Shown here piece after piece: positions 17,414 to 26,416 of a DNA stretch of 54,908 nt (positions are counted from its first letter, which is position 1; each line of letters begins with the position of its first letter). Source of the stretch: a virus (taxonomy: Duplodnaviria; Caudoviricetes); IMG/VR virus record IMGVR_UViG_3300015245_000530, positions 1-54,908 of that record, one strand, 5' to 3'. Under the pieces are notes generated by a model. It made no database searches. It was given only the letters and a program-made list of their open reading frames with translations, and was not told the origin of the DNA. A program made the position numbers and the translations under genes.

Positions 17414-18128
17414 GAACAGTGCAATTTCCTGGTGTGACAGCACGCAAAACTTTTGGCTGGGATGTTCTCCCATTTCCGATGCGTGCCAAAATTGTTACGC
17501 CGAATCGTGGGCTAAACGCGCCGGCAATCCGGAACTTTGGACTGGATCCCGCCGTCGCACCAAAACATGGGGCGATCCGCTCAAGTGGAATCGGCAGGCC
17601 GAACTCACCGGTTATCGGCCGCGGGTATTCTGCTCGTCACTCGCTGACTTTTTCGACAACGAAGTGCCAACGGAATGGCGCGTCGATGCATGGGACGTAA
17701 TCCGCAAGACCACGAATCTGCGGTGGATGATCCTGACGAAGCGCATCGGGAATGCAACCAAGATGCTTCCGCCAGACTGGCCTATGCCGCATGTCGGTCT
17801 GATGACCACGCTCGAAAATCAGGAAGTATTCGACCGCGATTGGCCTAAACTCGCTCGCACGCCAGCAGCATGGCGCGGCATATCCGCGGAACCTCTGCTC
17901 GGTTCCATCGACATTGGAGACGCGCGTCCAAGCTGGTTGATTTGCGGCGGAGAGAGCGGACCGCAACATCGCATGCTGGATGTTGACGCCGTTCGTCGCT
18001 TGCGTGACCAATGCGCGCGCAATGATATCGCTTTCCATTTCAAACAGCACGGTGGTCAGCGGCCAACATCAAACGGCTGTCTACTTGACGGCCGTGAGCA
18101 CAAGGATTTCCCGGAGGCGCTGCGGTGA
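17406..18128 (+). CDS. Phage Gp37/Gp68 (DUF5131) family radical-SAM-like protein
   Basis: ISWCDSTQNFWLGC...S..CQNCYA, RVFCSSLADFF, LTKR, SAEPLLG, WLICGGESG, FHFKQ. Confidence 0.92.
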   Translation: MGKNSAISWCDSTQNFWLGCSPISDACQNCYAESWAKRAGNPELWTGSRRRTKTWGDPLKWNRQAELTGYRPRVFCSSLADFFDNEVPTEWRVDAWDVIRKTTNLRWMILTKRIGNATKMLPPDWPMPHVGLMTTLENQEVFDRDWPKLARTPAAWRGISAEPLLGSIDIGDARPSWLICGGESGPQHRMLDVDAVRRLRDQCARNDIAFHFKQHGGQRPTSNGCLLDGREHKDFPEALR

Positions 18129-18307
18129 GCCGGTGGAGTGTTGACGCCTACGAGGCGAGCTTGCCAGATATGCCGCTGGACGAGCTCTGCGCGCGTCTGC
18201 GCGGACAATATCCGAACGGCGCCAAGTACGGCGCATCTCCGTTGCAAGCGGAGGCGGCGCGCCGTCTCGAGGAATTGGACGCCACGATCGACGACATGAG
18301 GACATGA
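18125..18307 (+). CDS. Hypothetical protein
   Basis: GTGA coupling, GGAGG RBS. Confidence 0.5.
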   Translation: MSRWSVDAYEASLPDMPLDELCARLRGQYPNGAKYGASPLQAEAARRLEELDATIDDMRT

Positions 18308-18308
18308 C

Positions 18309-18617
18309 ATGCCCCTGGTGAACACAGTGGAAGATCGCGCGGTTCTCGACGTGCTGGTGCTGGCACTCGCGCGCGCCGACAAGGAGACGGATAATCTCGA
18401 CATGCGGACACTGGCAATAAACTTGCTGTTCACGTTGCTGGAAATGAGTCTGGCCGAGCGCCTGAAGCTCGCCGAACGTCTTCTGTCGAAATCATCTGGT
18501 GAGGCGCCGGAAGGTTACTCGTCGGTAGTGGTGCACTTCAACAGCGACAACCAGCGCGAGGCTTTCCTCGCCGCCATCCGCGGCATCGGGTCGGTGACCG
18601 TGCACGAGGCGTCGTGA
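18309..18617 (+). CDS. Hypothetical protein
   Basis: GAGG RBS; operon packing. Confidence 0.55.
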   Translation: MPLVNTVEDRAVLDVLVLALARADKETDNLDMRTLAINLLFTLLEMSLAERLKLAERLLSKSSGEAPEGYSSVVVHFNSDNQREAFLAAIRGIGSVTVHEAS

Positions 18618-19084
18618 TGGCGAAGTTCGCCGAAAATACATCCGTCGCCGTCGAGAAGTCACGCGGCGAGATTGAGCGCATGGTTATACGCTACGGCGCC
18701 ACGAGTACGGCTTTCATGAATGCTCCGGGCCGGGCCGTCATCGCGTTTGATGCCAAGAACAGGCATGTCGTGTTCGAACTTCCGCTGCCAAATATCAATG
18801 ATAAGAGATTCGATCGAGATGGCCGCGGTTCAATGCGCAACGTCACCAAGAGATATGAAGTTTGGGAGCAGGAATGCCGCCAGCGCTGGCGAGCACTTGC
18901 TCTCGTCATCAAGGCAAAGCTCGAAGCTGTTGAGAGCGGTATAACCAACTTTGAATCCGAATTCCTTGCTCATATCCGCATGCCAGACGGCAAGACTGTC
19001 GGTGAACATGTCACGCCGATGATCGCACATGCCTATGAGACGGGAAAAATGGTTCCGTTATTACCACCACCGAGGTCATCATGA
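18617..19084 (+). CDS. Conserved phage hypothetical protein
   Basis: TSVAVEKSRGEIE...RWRALALVIKAKLEAVESGI..FE.EFLAHI family. Confidence 0.8.
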   Translation: MAKFAENTSVAVEKSRGEIERMVIRYGATSTAFMNAPGRAVIAFDAKNRHVVFELPLPNINDKRFDRDGRGSMRNVTKRYEVWEQECRQRWRALALVIKAKLEAVESGITNFESEFLAHIRMPDGKTVGEHVTPMIAHAYETGKMVPLLPPPRSS

Positions 19085-19428
19085 CTGAACAAGCGCCGCC
19101 GCTGAACATGAAGATCGAGGATGACCACAGCGAGGGTTGGGACCCGGTCCACCTGGAGATATTCGGCCAGCGCCAACACTTCGGGTTCGCGCGCGAGGAG
19201 GAGCGGTACGGGTCGAAGATGATCCGCATCGACGTGCCGGTTAACGGCGACCGAGAGCGCACGGTATGGGAAACGCACTGGTACGGTCCAGCCGCGATCT
19301 TCGGCGTGCGCCTCACCGATGCTGTCACGGTGTTCGAGGCGAACAAGAGCCGCGTTGCACCGGGCAGAATGCTGTTGGGCCGTCCTGTCGACCACGATCA
19401 CCATGACGACGATGAGGAGGAATACTGA
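19081..19428 (+). CDS. Conserved phage hypothetical protein
   Basis: LEIFG...G..MIRIDVP...YGPAAIF pattern. Confidence 0.65.
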   Translation: MTEQAPPLNMKIEDDHSEGWDPVHLEIFGQRQHFGFAREEERYGSKMIRIDVPVNGDRERTVWETHWYGPAAIFGVRLTDAVTVFEANKSRVAPGRMLLGRPVDHDHHDDDEEEY

Positions 19429-19817
19429 TGAACATCACGCCGGCACGAGTACCAAAGGAGCGCGACGAGGAGTTCAAAGTCTTCGACGCAAGGCCGCAAC
19501 ACATTCGCACTAGCGAGGTCAAGGCAAGTCCGCGCGTGACTCTAGCCGAAATCAGACCGACCATTTCTTCTGATTTTGAAACGTCGGTCTCCCGCGAGGC
19601 GGAGGCCGGACTGCGGGAGATCGAAGCGCGGCAAGAGGTACCGCTCCTGCGCCAGTTCGCCATCCTGGCTAGGATGCTCACCTTCGGCGACATGTCGGAA
19701 CTATGCGCGGGGGTGACGGGTGCCGATGCCGGCAAAGCAAATGGTCTGGCCGCCGAACTCGACAGGTGGGCGAAGGAATACATTGGGCAGCCGCCGATGC
19801 CAGAGGAGCCGAAATGA
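19428..19817 (+). CDS. Hypothetical protein
   Basis: GAGGAGG RBS. Confidence 0.6.
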   Translation: MNITPARVPKERDEEFKVFDARPQHIRTSEVKASPRVTLAEIRPTISSDFETSVSREAEAGLREIEARQEVPLLRQFAILARMLTFGDMSELCAGVTGADAGKANGLAAELDRWAKEYIGQPPMPEEPK

Positions 19818-20002
19818 TCGACGTTGACCAAGTGAAGACCATCGACCTTGTGCACGTGATGCACGAGATCGACCGCGTTATGGGGAAAACGTGCGGTGCC
19901 TGCAAGTTCTCCAACATCCAGCACGGCTTGTCGTGCAGGCGCGGGAAACGGCCGCTCGACGAGAGCGACGGGTGCGGCGATTGGGAGAAGCGCCATGTCT
20001 GA
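19814..20002 (+). CDS. Small Cys-rich protein
   Basis: TCGACKF...C.......GC..WE; GAGGAG RBS. Confidence 0.55.
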   Translation: MIDVDQVKTIDLVHVMHEIDRVMGKTCGACKFSNIQHGLSCRRGKRPLDESDGCGDWEKRHV

Positions 20003-20219
20003 AACGCGCCCCAATAGTTTCCCGTTCCTTCACCTCGCGCGGCTCCTTTGCCTGCCATACGCCGACGTGCTGTTGATGGCCGACTGGTTCGCCGGCAGGC
20101 GCGACGAGCCGACGCGCGAGGCTTTCGAGCGGGTCGCGGAGAGTGACGCCAGGAATCAGCAGGCGATCTTCCAAATCTATTGCTGCGAGCGGGACCGGCG
20201 CGCCGCGGTGTCGACGTGA
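19995..20219 (+). CDS. Hypothetical protein
   Basis: GGAG RBS, operon packing. Confidence 0.5.
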   Translation: MSETRPNSFPFLHLARLLCLPYADVLLMADWFAGRRDEPTREAFERVAESDARNQQAIFQIYCCERDRRAAVST

Positions 20220-20359
20220 GGTTGATTGCGCTGGCCATCATGTCCGGGTTCGACCAGGTCGCGCTCGCCATCAGGCCCCACGACTTGGACGAGTTCGGAA
20301 TAGCCGTTCGGGTGATTCTAGGGTTCGCCTTGCTGGCGTTCCTGGTGACGGGAAAATGA
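20216..20359 (+). CDS. 47-aa membrane peptide (not in the ORF track)
   Basis: GTGA-coupled; MRLIALAIMSG...IAVRVILGFALLAFLVTGK. Confidence 0.45.
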   Translation: MRLIALAIMSGFDQVALAIRPHDLDEFGIAVRVILGFALLAFLVTGK

Positions 20360-20360
20360 C

Positions 20361-20528
20361 ATGACCAGGGACGAGGCGACCCAGGAACGGGCCCTCCGGA
20401 TAAGCCAACGGACCTACGATCACATGAGCGTCGGAAACTACACGAGGACCGTGACGGGCATCGCGATAGAGTTCCTGCTCGAGCGCATGGCCGCAACGGG
20501 TTTGTTGGAGGACCGCGATGACAAGTGA
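20361..20528 (+). CDS. 55-aa hypothetical protein (not in the ORF track)
   Basis: MTRDEATQERALRIS...; fills the gap and overlaps the next start. Confidence 0.45.
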   Translation: MTRDEATQERALRISQRTYDHMSVGNYTRTVTGIAIEFLLERMAATGLLEDRDDK

Positions 20529-21231
20529 ACTGCCGGCGATCTTCTCGACGCCGATGGTCAAGGGGCTCATTCAGGGCCGCAAGACCATGACCAGGCGCCT
20601 CGCCTGGAAGGGCGCGGCGCGCTCGTCGCCGTGGCGCCAACTCAAGCCGGGCGACGCCCTCTGGGTGCGCGAGAGCTGGCGCGTCGGCAAGCAGTACGAC
20701 GACGTGGTCTCGCGCGACCTCGTGCCCCGGAGCATGACGATCGTCTATGAGGCTGGCGGGTCGATGGGGAACGACGCCGGCGAGTGGGTGGGGTCGGAAT
20801 GGCCGGGCGATATCCCGAAAGTGATCCCGTGGATTGGAAGGGGGCGCCCGCCCATACACATGCCGAGGTGGTGCTCGCGCATCCTGCTCGCCGTCACCGA
20901 GATTCACATCGAGCGGCTGCAGGACATCACCGCGGCCGACGCGGTGGCCGAGGGCGTCGTCTACGAGACGGCCGACCCCGGTTTCTACTACGTGCCCTAC
21001 ATCGAACCGCACAGCATCACGGCGGTCGGCATCGAGGAGCGCGAGGGTCCCCCGTCGCACGCCGTGCGGTGCTTCGCAAAGCTGTGGGATCACATCCACG
21101 GACCGCGCTCATGGGACGCCAACCCCGAGGTCGCCGTGGTATCGTTCGAGATGCACGTGAAGGCGAACGTCGCGCCCATGGCCTTCATCGACGCTTCGAT
21201 AGGCGGTCCACCATCTCGCCCAGGCGCTTGA
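20518..21231 (+). CDS. ASCH/PUA-like conserved phage protein
   Basis: GRKTMTRR, PGDALWVRESW, PIHMPRWCSRI, ERLQDIT..DA.AEG, WDANPEV. Confidence 0.82.
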   Translation: MTSELPAIFSTPMVKGLIQGRKTMTRRLAWKGAARSSPWRQLKPGDALWVRESWRVGKQYDDVVSRDLVPRSMTIVYEAGGSMGNDAGEWVGSEWPGDIPKVIPWIGRGRPPIHMPRWCSRILLAVTEIHIERLQDITAADAVAEGVVYETADPGFYYVPYIEPHSITAVGIEEREGPPSHAVRCFAKLWDHIHGPRSWDANPEVAVVSFEMHVKANVAPMAFIDASIGGPPSRPGA

Positions 21232-21496
21232 TCTCGTCCTCCTGGCGCCGCTGGTCGGCCCGCAGGTTGATGAGCTCCTGGCCGCGCGCAGATTGGAGGT
21301 TACGCGTCTGCGTCCATTCGCTGCGCATGTCGGCGACGATCTCGGATATCGATTTCAACTTCCAGTCGATAACGTAGTTGCCGATCGTAACAATGCCGCC
21401 AAGCGTTCCCACACTGCCGAATGCTGCCAGAACGATGGCGATGACGCTGGCTTTGCCGTTATGAGCGGGCGGCAGATTGAGGGTGTTGGCCGCCAT
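21185..21496 (-). CDS. Membrane-anchored coiled-coil protein at the end of the lysis cassette
   Basis: One TM segment followed by a coiled coil. Confidence 0.6.
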   Translation of the reverse strand: MAANTLNLPPAHNGKASVIAIVLAAFGSVGTLGGIVTIGNYVIDWKLKSISEIVADMRSEWTQTRNLQSARGQELINLRADQRRQEDEIKRLGEMVDRLSKRR

Positions 21497-21821
21497 CCTG
21501 ATGACCCCTATCTCGCTCCCGGCTCATGTGGCCGCGCACGCACATGATCACCACCGTCGCGGCGAACGATATGTTGAGGAGCATTCCGGTGGGCCGGTGA
21601 CCATCGACCAACATCCAGTCATCGAAGTGGAACAGGCCGTTCATTATCGCGAAGATTCCGGTGAACCCGAACGCGAAGCATTGGGCGAGCGTTCCCGGAG
21701 CATCCTCAAGCCTGGTGATCTTGATCATGTAGACGCAGCTGAGCGCCAATGTGACGCACGCGATGGTGCTCCACGTGGCGAACTGCGGGCCGATCAGGAT
21801 CGCGAAGTCATGGGGCTGCAT
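21459..21821 (-). CDS. Membrane protein (3 TM) in the lysis cassette
   Basis: Three hydrophobic segments. Confidence 0.65.
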   Translation of the reverse strand: MQPHDFAILIGPQFATWSTIACVTLALSCVYMIKITRLEDAPGTLAQCFAFGFTGIFAIMNGLFHFDDWMLVDGHRPTGMLLNISFAATVVIMCVRGHMSRERDRGHQDGGQHPQSAARS

Positions 21822-22116
21822 TAGTGCCTCCGATGCCGCCGAGACGCGGCAATATGACTTTCCTGTAGAAGAGACTCAAGCCTTCATTGCCGGAATAACC
21901 GATCACAAATGCCAATAAAATCGGCGGCATGTGGGTCATCACGGCGATCGGCTCACCGACGTATACTCCGATGAACGTCCCGGATATGACAATCGCCACC
22001 TGCTCGATAGCCTTCAACGCGAGGTCGCGAAGAGCTGCTACAATACCTCCAGCGAAGCCAGCGGTCAGGATGGCAGGGTCGATGCGGAGAGCGTCGAGCA
22101 CCTCTTTCACGTCCAC
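21808..22116 (-). CDS. Putative holin
   Basis: AGFAGGIVAAL...3 TM, ~100 aa, lysis context. Confidence 0.6.
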   Translation of the reverse strand: MDVKEVLDALRIDPAILTAGFAGGIVAALRDLALKAIEQVAIVISGTFIGVYVGEPIAVMTHMPPILLAFVIGYSGNEGLSLFYRKVILPRLGGIGGTNAAP

Positions 22117-22139
22117 ATGGTGCCTTTCTTTGCCGAGAC

Positions 22140-22172
22140 AAAAGCAAACGGCGCGGGTCGTTGCCCGCGCCG
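22140..22172 (-). terminator. Rho-independent terminator after the porin gene
   Basis: 9-bp stem CGGCGCGGG/CCCGCGCCG with a 6-nt loop, followed by TTTGCTTTT on the minus strand. Confidence 0.75.
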
Positions 22173-22208
22173 CCGAACATGCACCACAACCGCAGGTGCG
22201 GCAAGTCG

Positions 22209-22919
22209 TCAGAATTTGTAGTTCAACTCCGCACGCACGACGTCAACTCTATCTTTCTGCGTGAATACGAGGCCCGGCATCGCTGGGGCGGCAGCATTGA
22301 AGCTTCCGAAGTCGTATTGCAGATATTTAACGCCGAGAATCCAATTTTGGGCAAGCGGAAATTTGACGCCGCCGCCCCATACGAAACCATCCATCGTCGG
22401 AGACGCGCTGGCGTTGAGGGCGGCTCTGCCAGTCAAGTCTTGCACCGTGAAGGAGCCGCCTCCCCATCCCCAACCGACCGTTCCGTAAAGCAGAGCGTGA
22501 CCGACCGGAATGATGCCGAACTCGCCGCGAATCGAGGCGAGCCATGAGTTCTTGCTGTTCGTCGTGATGAGACCAGGCATCGTTGCGCTGCCGGTAATAT
22601 TCGCGCCATCAACATCGCCTTCCAGACCGGCGTAGATGACATTCGCGAAACGGTACCCATAGCCCGCCTGAAAGCCACCGACGAACCCCTGCGGCGCAGC
22701 GGAGAGATTCGCGATCGGTACAGCTTGGAACGCGGCGGACGCATTCCCGAGGTCCCAACCATAGCCGACGTTGACGCCGACATAGGGGCCAGAGAACGGA
22801 TCATAATTCACGTATTGGATTGGTTGCGGCAAAGCCTTCGTGTGCAAGTCGGCCGCATGAGCGGTGCCTGCCACGGATACGGCGGCCAGGGCCGCCAGCA
22901 TAGAAACGCGAATAGACAT
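22209..22919 (-). CDS. Omp25/Omp31/RopB-family outer-membrane beta-barrel protein
   Basis: Signal peptide ending AHA-ADL, FSGPYVGVNVGYGW, GGFQAGY, GLEGD, C-terminal VRAELNYKF BAM signal. Confidence 0.9.
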   Translation of the reverse strand: MSIRVSMLAALAAVSVAGTAHAADLHTKALPQPIQYVNYDPFSGPYVGVNVGYGWDLGNASAAFQAVPIANLSAAPQGFVGGFQAGYGYRFANVIYAGLEGDVDGANITGSATMPGLITTNSKNSWLASIRGEFGIIPVGHALLYGTVGWGWGGGSFTVQDLTGRAALNASASPTMDGFVWGGGVKFPLAQNWILGVKYLQYDFGSFNAAAPAMPGLVFTQKDRVDVVRAELNYKF

Positions 22920-22965
22920 TGTTGGTGGTCCTTCTGTGGTGCCCGGTGCCGCCGAGCGCGGTATG

Positions 22966-23262
22966 TCAGATCCGATCCGGCGTGATTTTCGGCTGCATCG
23001 AGTCCGCTGCGACCTGCCGTATCTCTTGGCTTACAGGGTTCGGTACAGTGATGATTTTCTTCACGTCAGGCAGCGCTGCAGCGGCCGCCAGTTTGGACGA
23101 GTCGGTATGGGCGCTGTAAGACCATGCGGCCGTCGCTATGGCCACCACGGCGGCTCCTACGTCGCTGGCGGACCCAGCGGGTATCCACCCCTTTCCGACG
23201 ACATAGGCGAGGCCGGCGGGAAGCAGGGCGCGGAGGATTCCCAGCAATTGGTCTTGGTTCAT
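22966..23262 (-). CDS. Putative holin-like small membrane protein
   Basis: Two TM segments (GILRALLPAGLAYVVGKGWI; AAVVAIATAAWS) directly after the endolysin. Confidence 0.65.
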   Translation of the reverse strand: MNQDQLLGILRALLPAGLAYVVGKGWIPAGSASDVGAAVVAIATAAWSYSAHTDSSKLAAAAALPDVKKIITVPNPVSQEIRQVAADSMQPKITPDRI

Positions 23263-23368
23263 GACGGCGGTCTCCTGAGCTTTGCAGCCCCAGTTCCGCC
23301 TTACCCTGAAATTGTATGTCGCGTCTACCTTGCCTGTGACGGTTTAGCCGCGGTGTTGCCCGCACGCA

Positions 23369-24016
23369 TCACAAACCGAATTCCGGCTTCCACAAGCGCA
23401 GTTGCCGACGACGCTCATCAAGGCCATTCAGGCCACCATTCAATTTGCGGGTTTCCCCGACAATGTCATTGGCTTCAGCGAACGGAAGGCACCCGCACGC
23501 GATCCAGTCCGCCACGCCACATTCCAGAGCGTGGTCGGGATCGACGAGGAGTTCCGGGTCGTCCAGCACGCTGAACCCCGCCTTGTGCGCATCCAGCACC
23601 TTCTGCAGAATGGCATGGCCATCGCGGCCAGTGACCTGCGTGAGCCCGGCGCCGCGGAAATCATAACCGTCGGTGCTCGGCGGCGGCGCATTCCCCATGC
23701 GTCCGCCGTATGCGATCTCACCTATCATCTTCTCATTGTGCGCCCAGCGCTGTGCCATCGCCGGCGTAAAGTGAGTGGGGAAGATAACACGCAATCGTTG
23801 TGCCGTGTAATTTAGTGATTCGACCATTTCCAATCCCTGATCGCATTCTTCGGAGGCTTGCGCAAAAAAATGCGCGACGGCCATCGGCTTGCCTGCAATG
23901 CCATAGGTGTCCAGCACGCGCTGCCCTGAGGCAACGATTCCCTCCAACAGGCCGGGCACGTGCGCATCTCCATGTGGCCAACGCCGACGCATCGTCTCAA
24001 TTGTGAGTTCGATCAT
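23369..24016 (-). CDS. Glycoside hydrolase family 19 endolysin
   Basis: AHFFAQ..EEC, ESLNY, YGGRMGN, DGYDFRGAGLTQVTGR, LNGGLNGLDER. Confidence 0.9.
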   Translation of the reverse strand: MIELTIETMRRRWPHGDAHVPGLLEGIVASGQRVLDTYGIAGKPMAVAHFFAQASEECDQGLEMVESLNYTAQRLRVIFPTHFTPAMAQRWAHNEKMIGEIAYGGRMGNAPPPSTDGYDFRGAGLTQVTGRDGHAILQKVLDAHKAGFSVLDDPELLVDPDHALECGVADWIACGCLPFAEANDIVGETRKLNGGLNGLDERRRQLRLWKPEFGL

Positions 24017-24153
24017 TGGCATCCCCCCAGGAACATAATAGTTCCGACGGCCACACGTTGCGGACAACCATGAAAAGTCTTGTTGAGGACAATTGCGATT
24101 CCGGCCAACGCGATGGTCAGCAATATCACCCCGACAATCTCGCGCGTCGCCAT
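24013..24153 (-). CDS. 46-aa single-TM peptide upstream of the endolysin (not in the ORF track)
   Basis: MATREIVGVILLTIALAGIAIVLNK...GGCQ; stop overlaps the endolysin ATG (ATGA). Confidence 0.55.
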   Translation of the reverse strand: MATREIVGVILLTIALAGIAIVLNKTFHGCPQRVAVGTIMFLGGCQ

Positions 24154-24157
24154 GCCT

Positions 24158-24541
24158 TCAGCGACCTCCATTCACATTGGCGAGATCGGTTGTCGCCCGC
24201 TGCACCTGTGCCTTCTTCACCACAGCGCTGGGTGGCGGATTTTTGCGTGCCTCGGCAGCGAAACGATCAAGCATCGCGTATTTCGCCGGGTCATGGCAAA
24301 ACCAATTCGATTTGGATGACGGGACCATCGTGTTCGCCTCGGACATGAGCTTCGGGACGTACAAGCGGCAGTTGCCCGACACCACGTAGCGCTTGTCGTC
24401 TGGGTCGAGCTCGTACTGCGGCTTGCCGCCGTCGGTGACCGGCTTGCCGTCCCTCATCACCGGGACGAGGATCTCTCGCCCATCGTAGTCGCGGCCCTTG
24501 GACCATGCTGGACAGTTCTCGCAGCTGTGCGAATTGTGCAT
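24158..24541 (-). CDS. Hypothetical Cys-containing protein
   Basis: SCENCPAW...GNCR...WFC pattern; GAGG RBS. Confidence 0.6.
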   Translation of the reverse strand: MHNSHSCENCPAWSKGRDYDGREILVPVMRDGKPVTDGGKPQYELDPDDKRYVVSGNCRLYVPKLMSEANTMVPSSKSNWFCHDPAKYAMLDRFAAEARKNPPPSAVVKKAQVQRATTDLANVNGGR

Positions 24542-25107
24542 CAGGACGCCTCCTCTTCTGCTTGCCCGGCCGCCGCCCCGGCTGCCGCGATCGCCTCGTC
24601 GGTGACGATCTTCGTGCGAAGTTCGCTCATCAAATCGTTCACCTGCTTGTGGTGCTGTTTGGCAAGCTCCAGGTGGCCCGCGACCACCGGCTTGCGCGCC
24701 TCGTCAGCGGAGGCAAGCTCGGCCTCGAAGTTCCCAACCTGCTCCACCAACGCCGGCAGGACGAGCTCGTGGTTGGCGACCTCGGCCCTCTGCTGCGCCT
24801 GATGCCGCTTGAGCGCGTCCACGTTGTCGCGCAGCTTCGCGGCGCGCGCCTTGAGCCACGGCGCGAGGTAGGACTCGATCTGCTTACGATCCGTGAACCC
24901 CTCGCCAGCCCCGAACCCCTCGATGGTGCCGTGCTTGTGGTCGCCATGCCAATGGATGGCCATGATCCTGTCGCCGGGCACTTCGCGGACTGACCCACTC
25001 ATGTTCGGAATGATGGCGGGGAACCCATCACCGCAAACGTACCCCTCGCCGTCGAGGTCGACCCAGCGGTTGCCGGGGACGACCGTCATATTGGTGAACT
25101 CGCGCAT
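24541..25107 (-). CDS. Putative tail-fibre-associated/chaperone protein
   Basis: Follows the fibre genes; IMAIHWHG....GTIE motif plus coiled coil; GGGAG RBS. Confidence 0.5.
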   Translation of the reverse strand: MREFTNMTVVPGNRWVDLDGEGYVCGDGFPAIIPNMSGSVREVPGDRIMAIHWHGDHKHGTIEGFGAGEGFTDRKQIESYLAPWLKARAAKLRDNVDALKRHQAQQRAEVANHELVLPALVEQVGNFEAELASADEARKPVVAGHLELAKQHHKQVNDLMSELRTKIVTDEAIAAAGAAAGQAEEEAS

Positions 25108-25160
25108 GTTTTCTCCCTGTTTCACCGAGCGAGAGCAGAAGATATGGCAACGCGTCAACC

Positions 25161-26414
25161 TCAAATGCCGCCATCAACTGACAATGATATCTGAAGATCA
25201 TCGCCGACAGCGGCTCCAGCATTGCCGGTGGCCGTTATGAATATATCCTCCGTCGTTGCAGAAATCGAAGTTGAGCTACAATCATTAGTGCCAATTGATC
25301 TCACCTGACCATTGCTGGCTAACGGATTGTAGCCAGTTGCTGTCGGTGTCGCCCTCATCGTGACGGGATTCCTTGTGGACATAAATACCGGGTTTGCTCC
25401 TAGCTTTCCTACAATCGCATGCAATATCGCTGCTGGATTTGTGGCCTGCGCAGGGGCCGTCCCGTATGGGAACGTCTTCCAGAAATGCCGCTTACACCCG
25501 AGAAGCGCCCGCTCGAAGGGGACGCGCTCGAAGGAGCTGACGAAGCCCGAGTCCTCGCATTGGACATCGTCGATCTGGATTGAATCGTCAGCACCAGCCG
25601 TTCCTACAGGCGTCCAAGTAAATTGCACCTCACCCTGCGTAGCATTCGTAGGAAGCGTTGCAGAGGCGATCGCAGATATCGTACCCTGCGTGCTGACCGA
25701 AAGGCTGGCCGAGCCGGAGACGACGTTCGTCTCGCTGGTGAAACCGCCGCCTCGCTTGGCCACGGCGCCCGTACCGACGTAGAGCGTGCAGGTGATTGTC
25801 CCGCTGGCGGGCGACCAGTTCGCGCCCGACTTGACCACCGCGCTCAATGCGACCTTCTTGCTGCGAAGACGGAAGACCTCATCCGTATCGAGCGGAAATC
25901 CGAACGTGTACGCACCAGTACCAGTCTGGCCGTTGTTCCTGCTGACCTTGGCGGCGAGCTGTGACGTGTTCGTCAGGCCGGTGGCCGCCGCGACGACCGA
26001 CGCCTGGTTAGTGCCCGTCGCAATGTACCAACGATCGGCAGTGTACTGCGTCGTGGAGGCTGGGACCGCGAAGCTCGAACTCGACCCGGCACCCCGCTGC
26101 CATACCTCCATCCCGCCGTTGTCTCCGAGCACGTTGCGGTTTGGCCCGGGAATTAAGATCAGGTGCGCGACCGTGTCGAGCATGGCCCACGGGACGAAAC
26201 TGGTTCCGTCGTGGATGCTGAGCACGTTCAGCGCGGCCGCGGTGTTCAGCCACTCCTGACCGGCGACGAGCGCCGACGACGCGCCGGGGCCGAGCGTCGG
26301 CGCCGACGAACCGGAGAATTTGGAGATGACGGCGGCGAGGCCAGAACTGATGTCGCCGCACAGCGACGCCCCACTGAGCGGAGAACCCGGGATGATGACT
26401 GCGCCCTGGGACAT
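25161..26414 (-). CDS. Tail fibre/receptor-binding protein, paralogue A
   Basis: MSQG N-terminal domain; N...NGGMEVWQRG...ADRW carbohydrate-binding-like domain; CKRHFWK. Confidence 0.75.
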   Translation of the reverse strand: MSQGAVIIPGSPLSGASLCGDISSGLAAVISKFSGSSAPTLGPGASSALVAGQEWLNTAAALNVLSIHDGTSFVPWAMLDTVAHLILIPGPNRNVLGDNGGMEVWQRGAGSSSSFAVPASTTQYTADRWYIATGTNQASVVAAATGLTNTSQLAAKVSRNNGQTGTGAYTFGFPLDTDEVFRLRSKKVALSAVVKSGANWSPASGTITCTLYVGTGAVAKRGGGFTSETNVVSGSASLSVSTQGTISAIASATLPTNATQGEVQFTWTPVGTAGADDSIQIDDVQCEDSGFVSSFERVPFERALLGCKRHFWKTFPYGTAPAQATNPAAILHAIVGKLGANPVFMSTRNPVTMRATPTATGYNPLASNGQVRSIGTNDCSSTSISATTEDIFITATGNAGAAVGDDLQISLSVDGGI

Positions 26415-26416
26415 CG

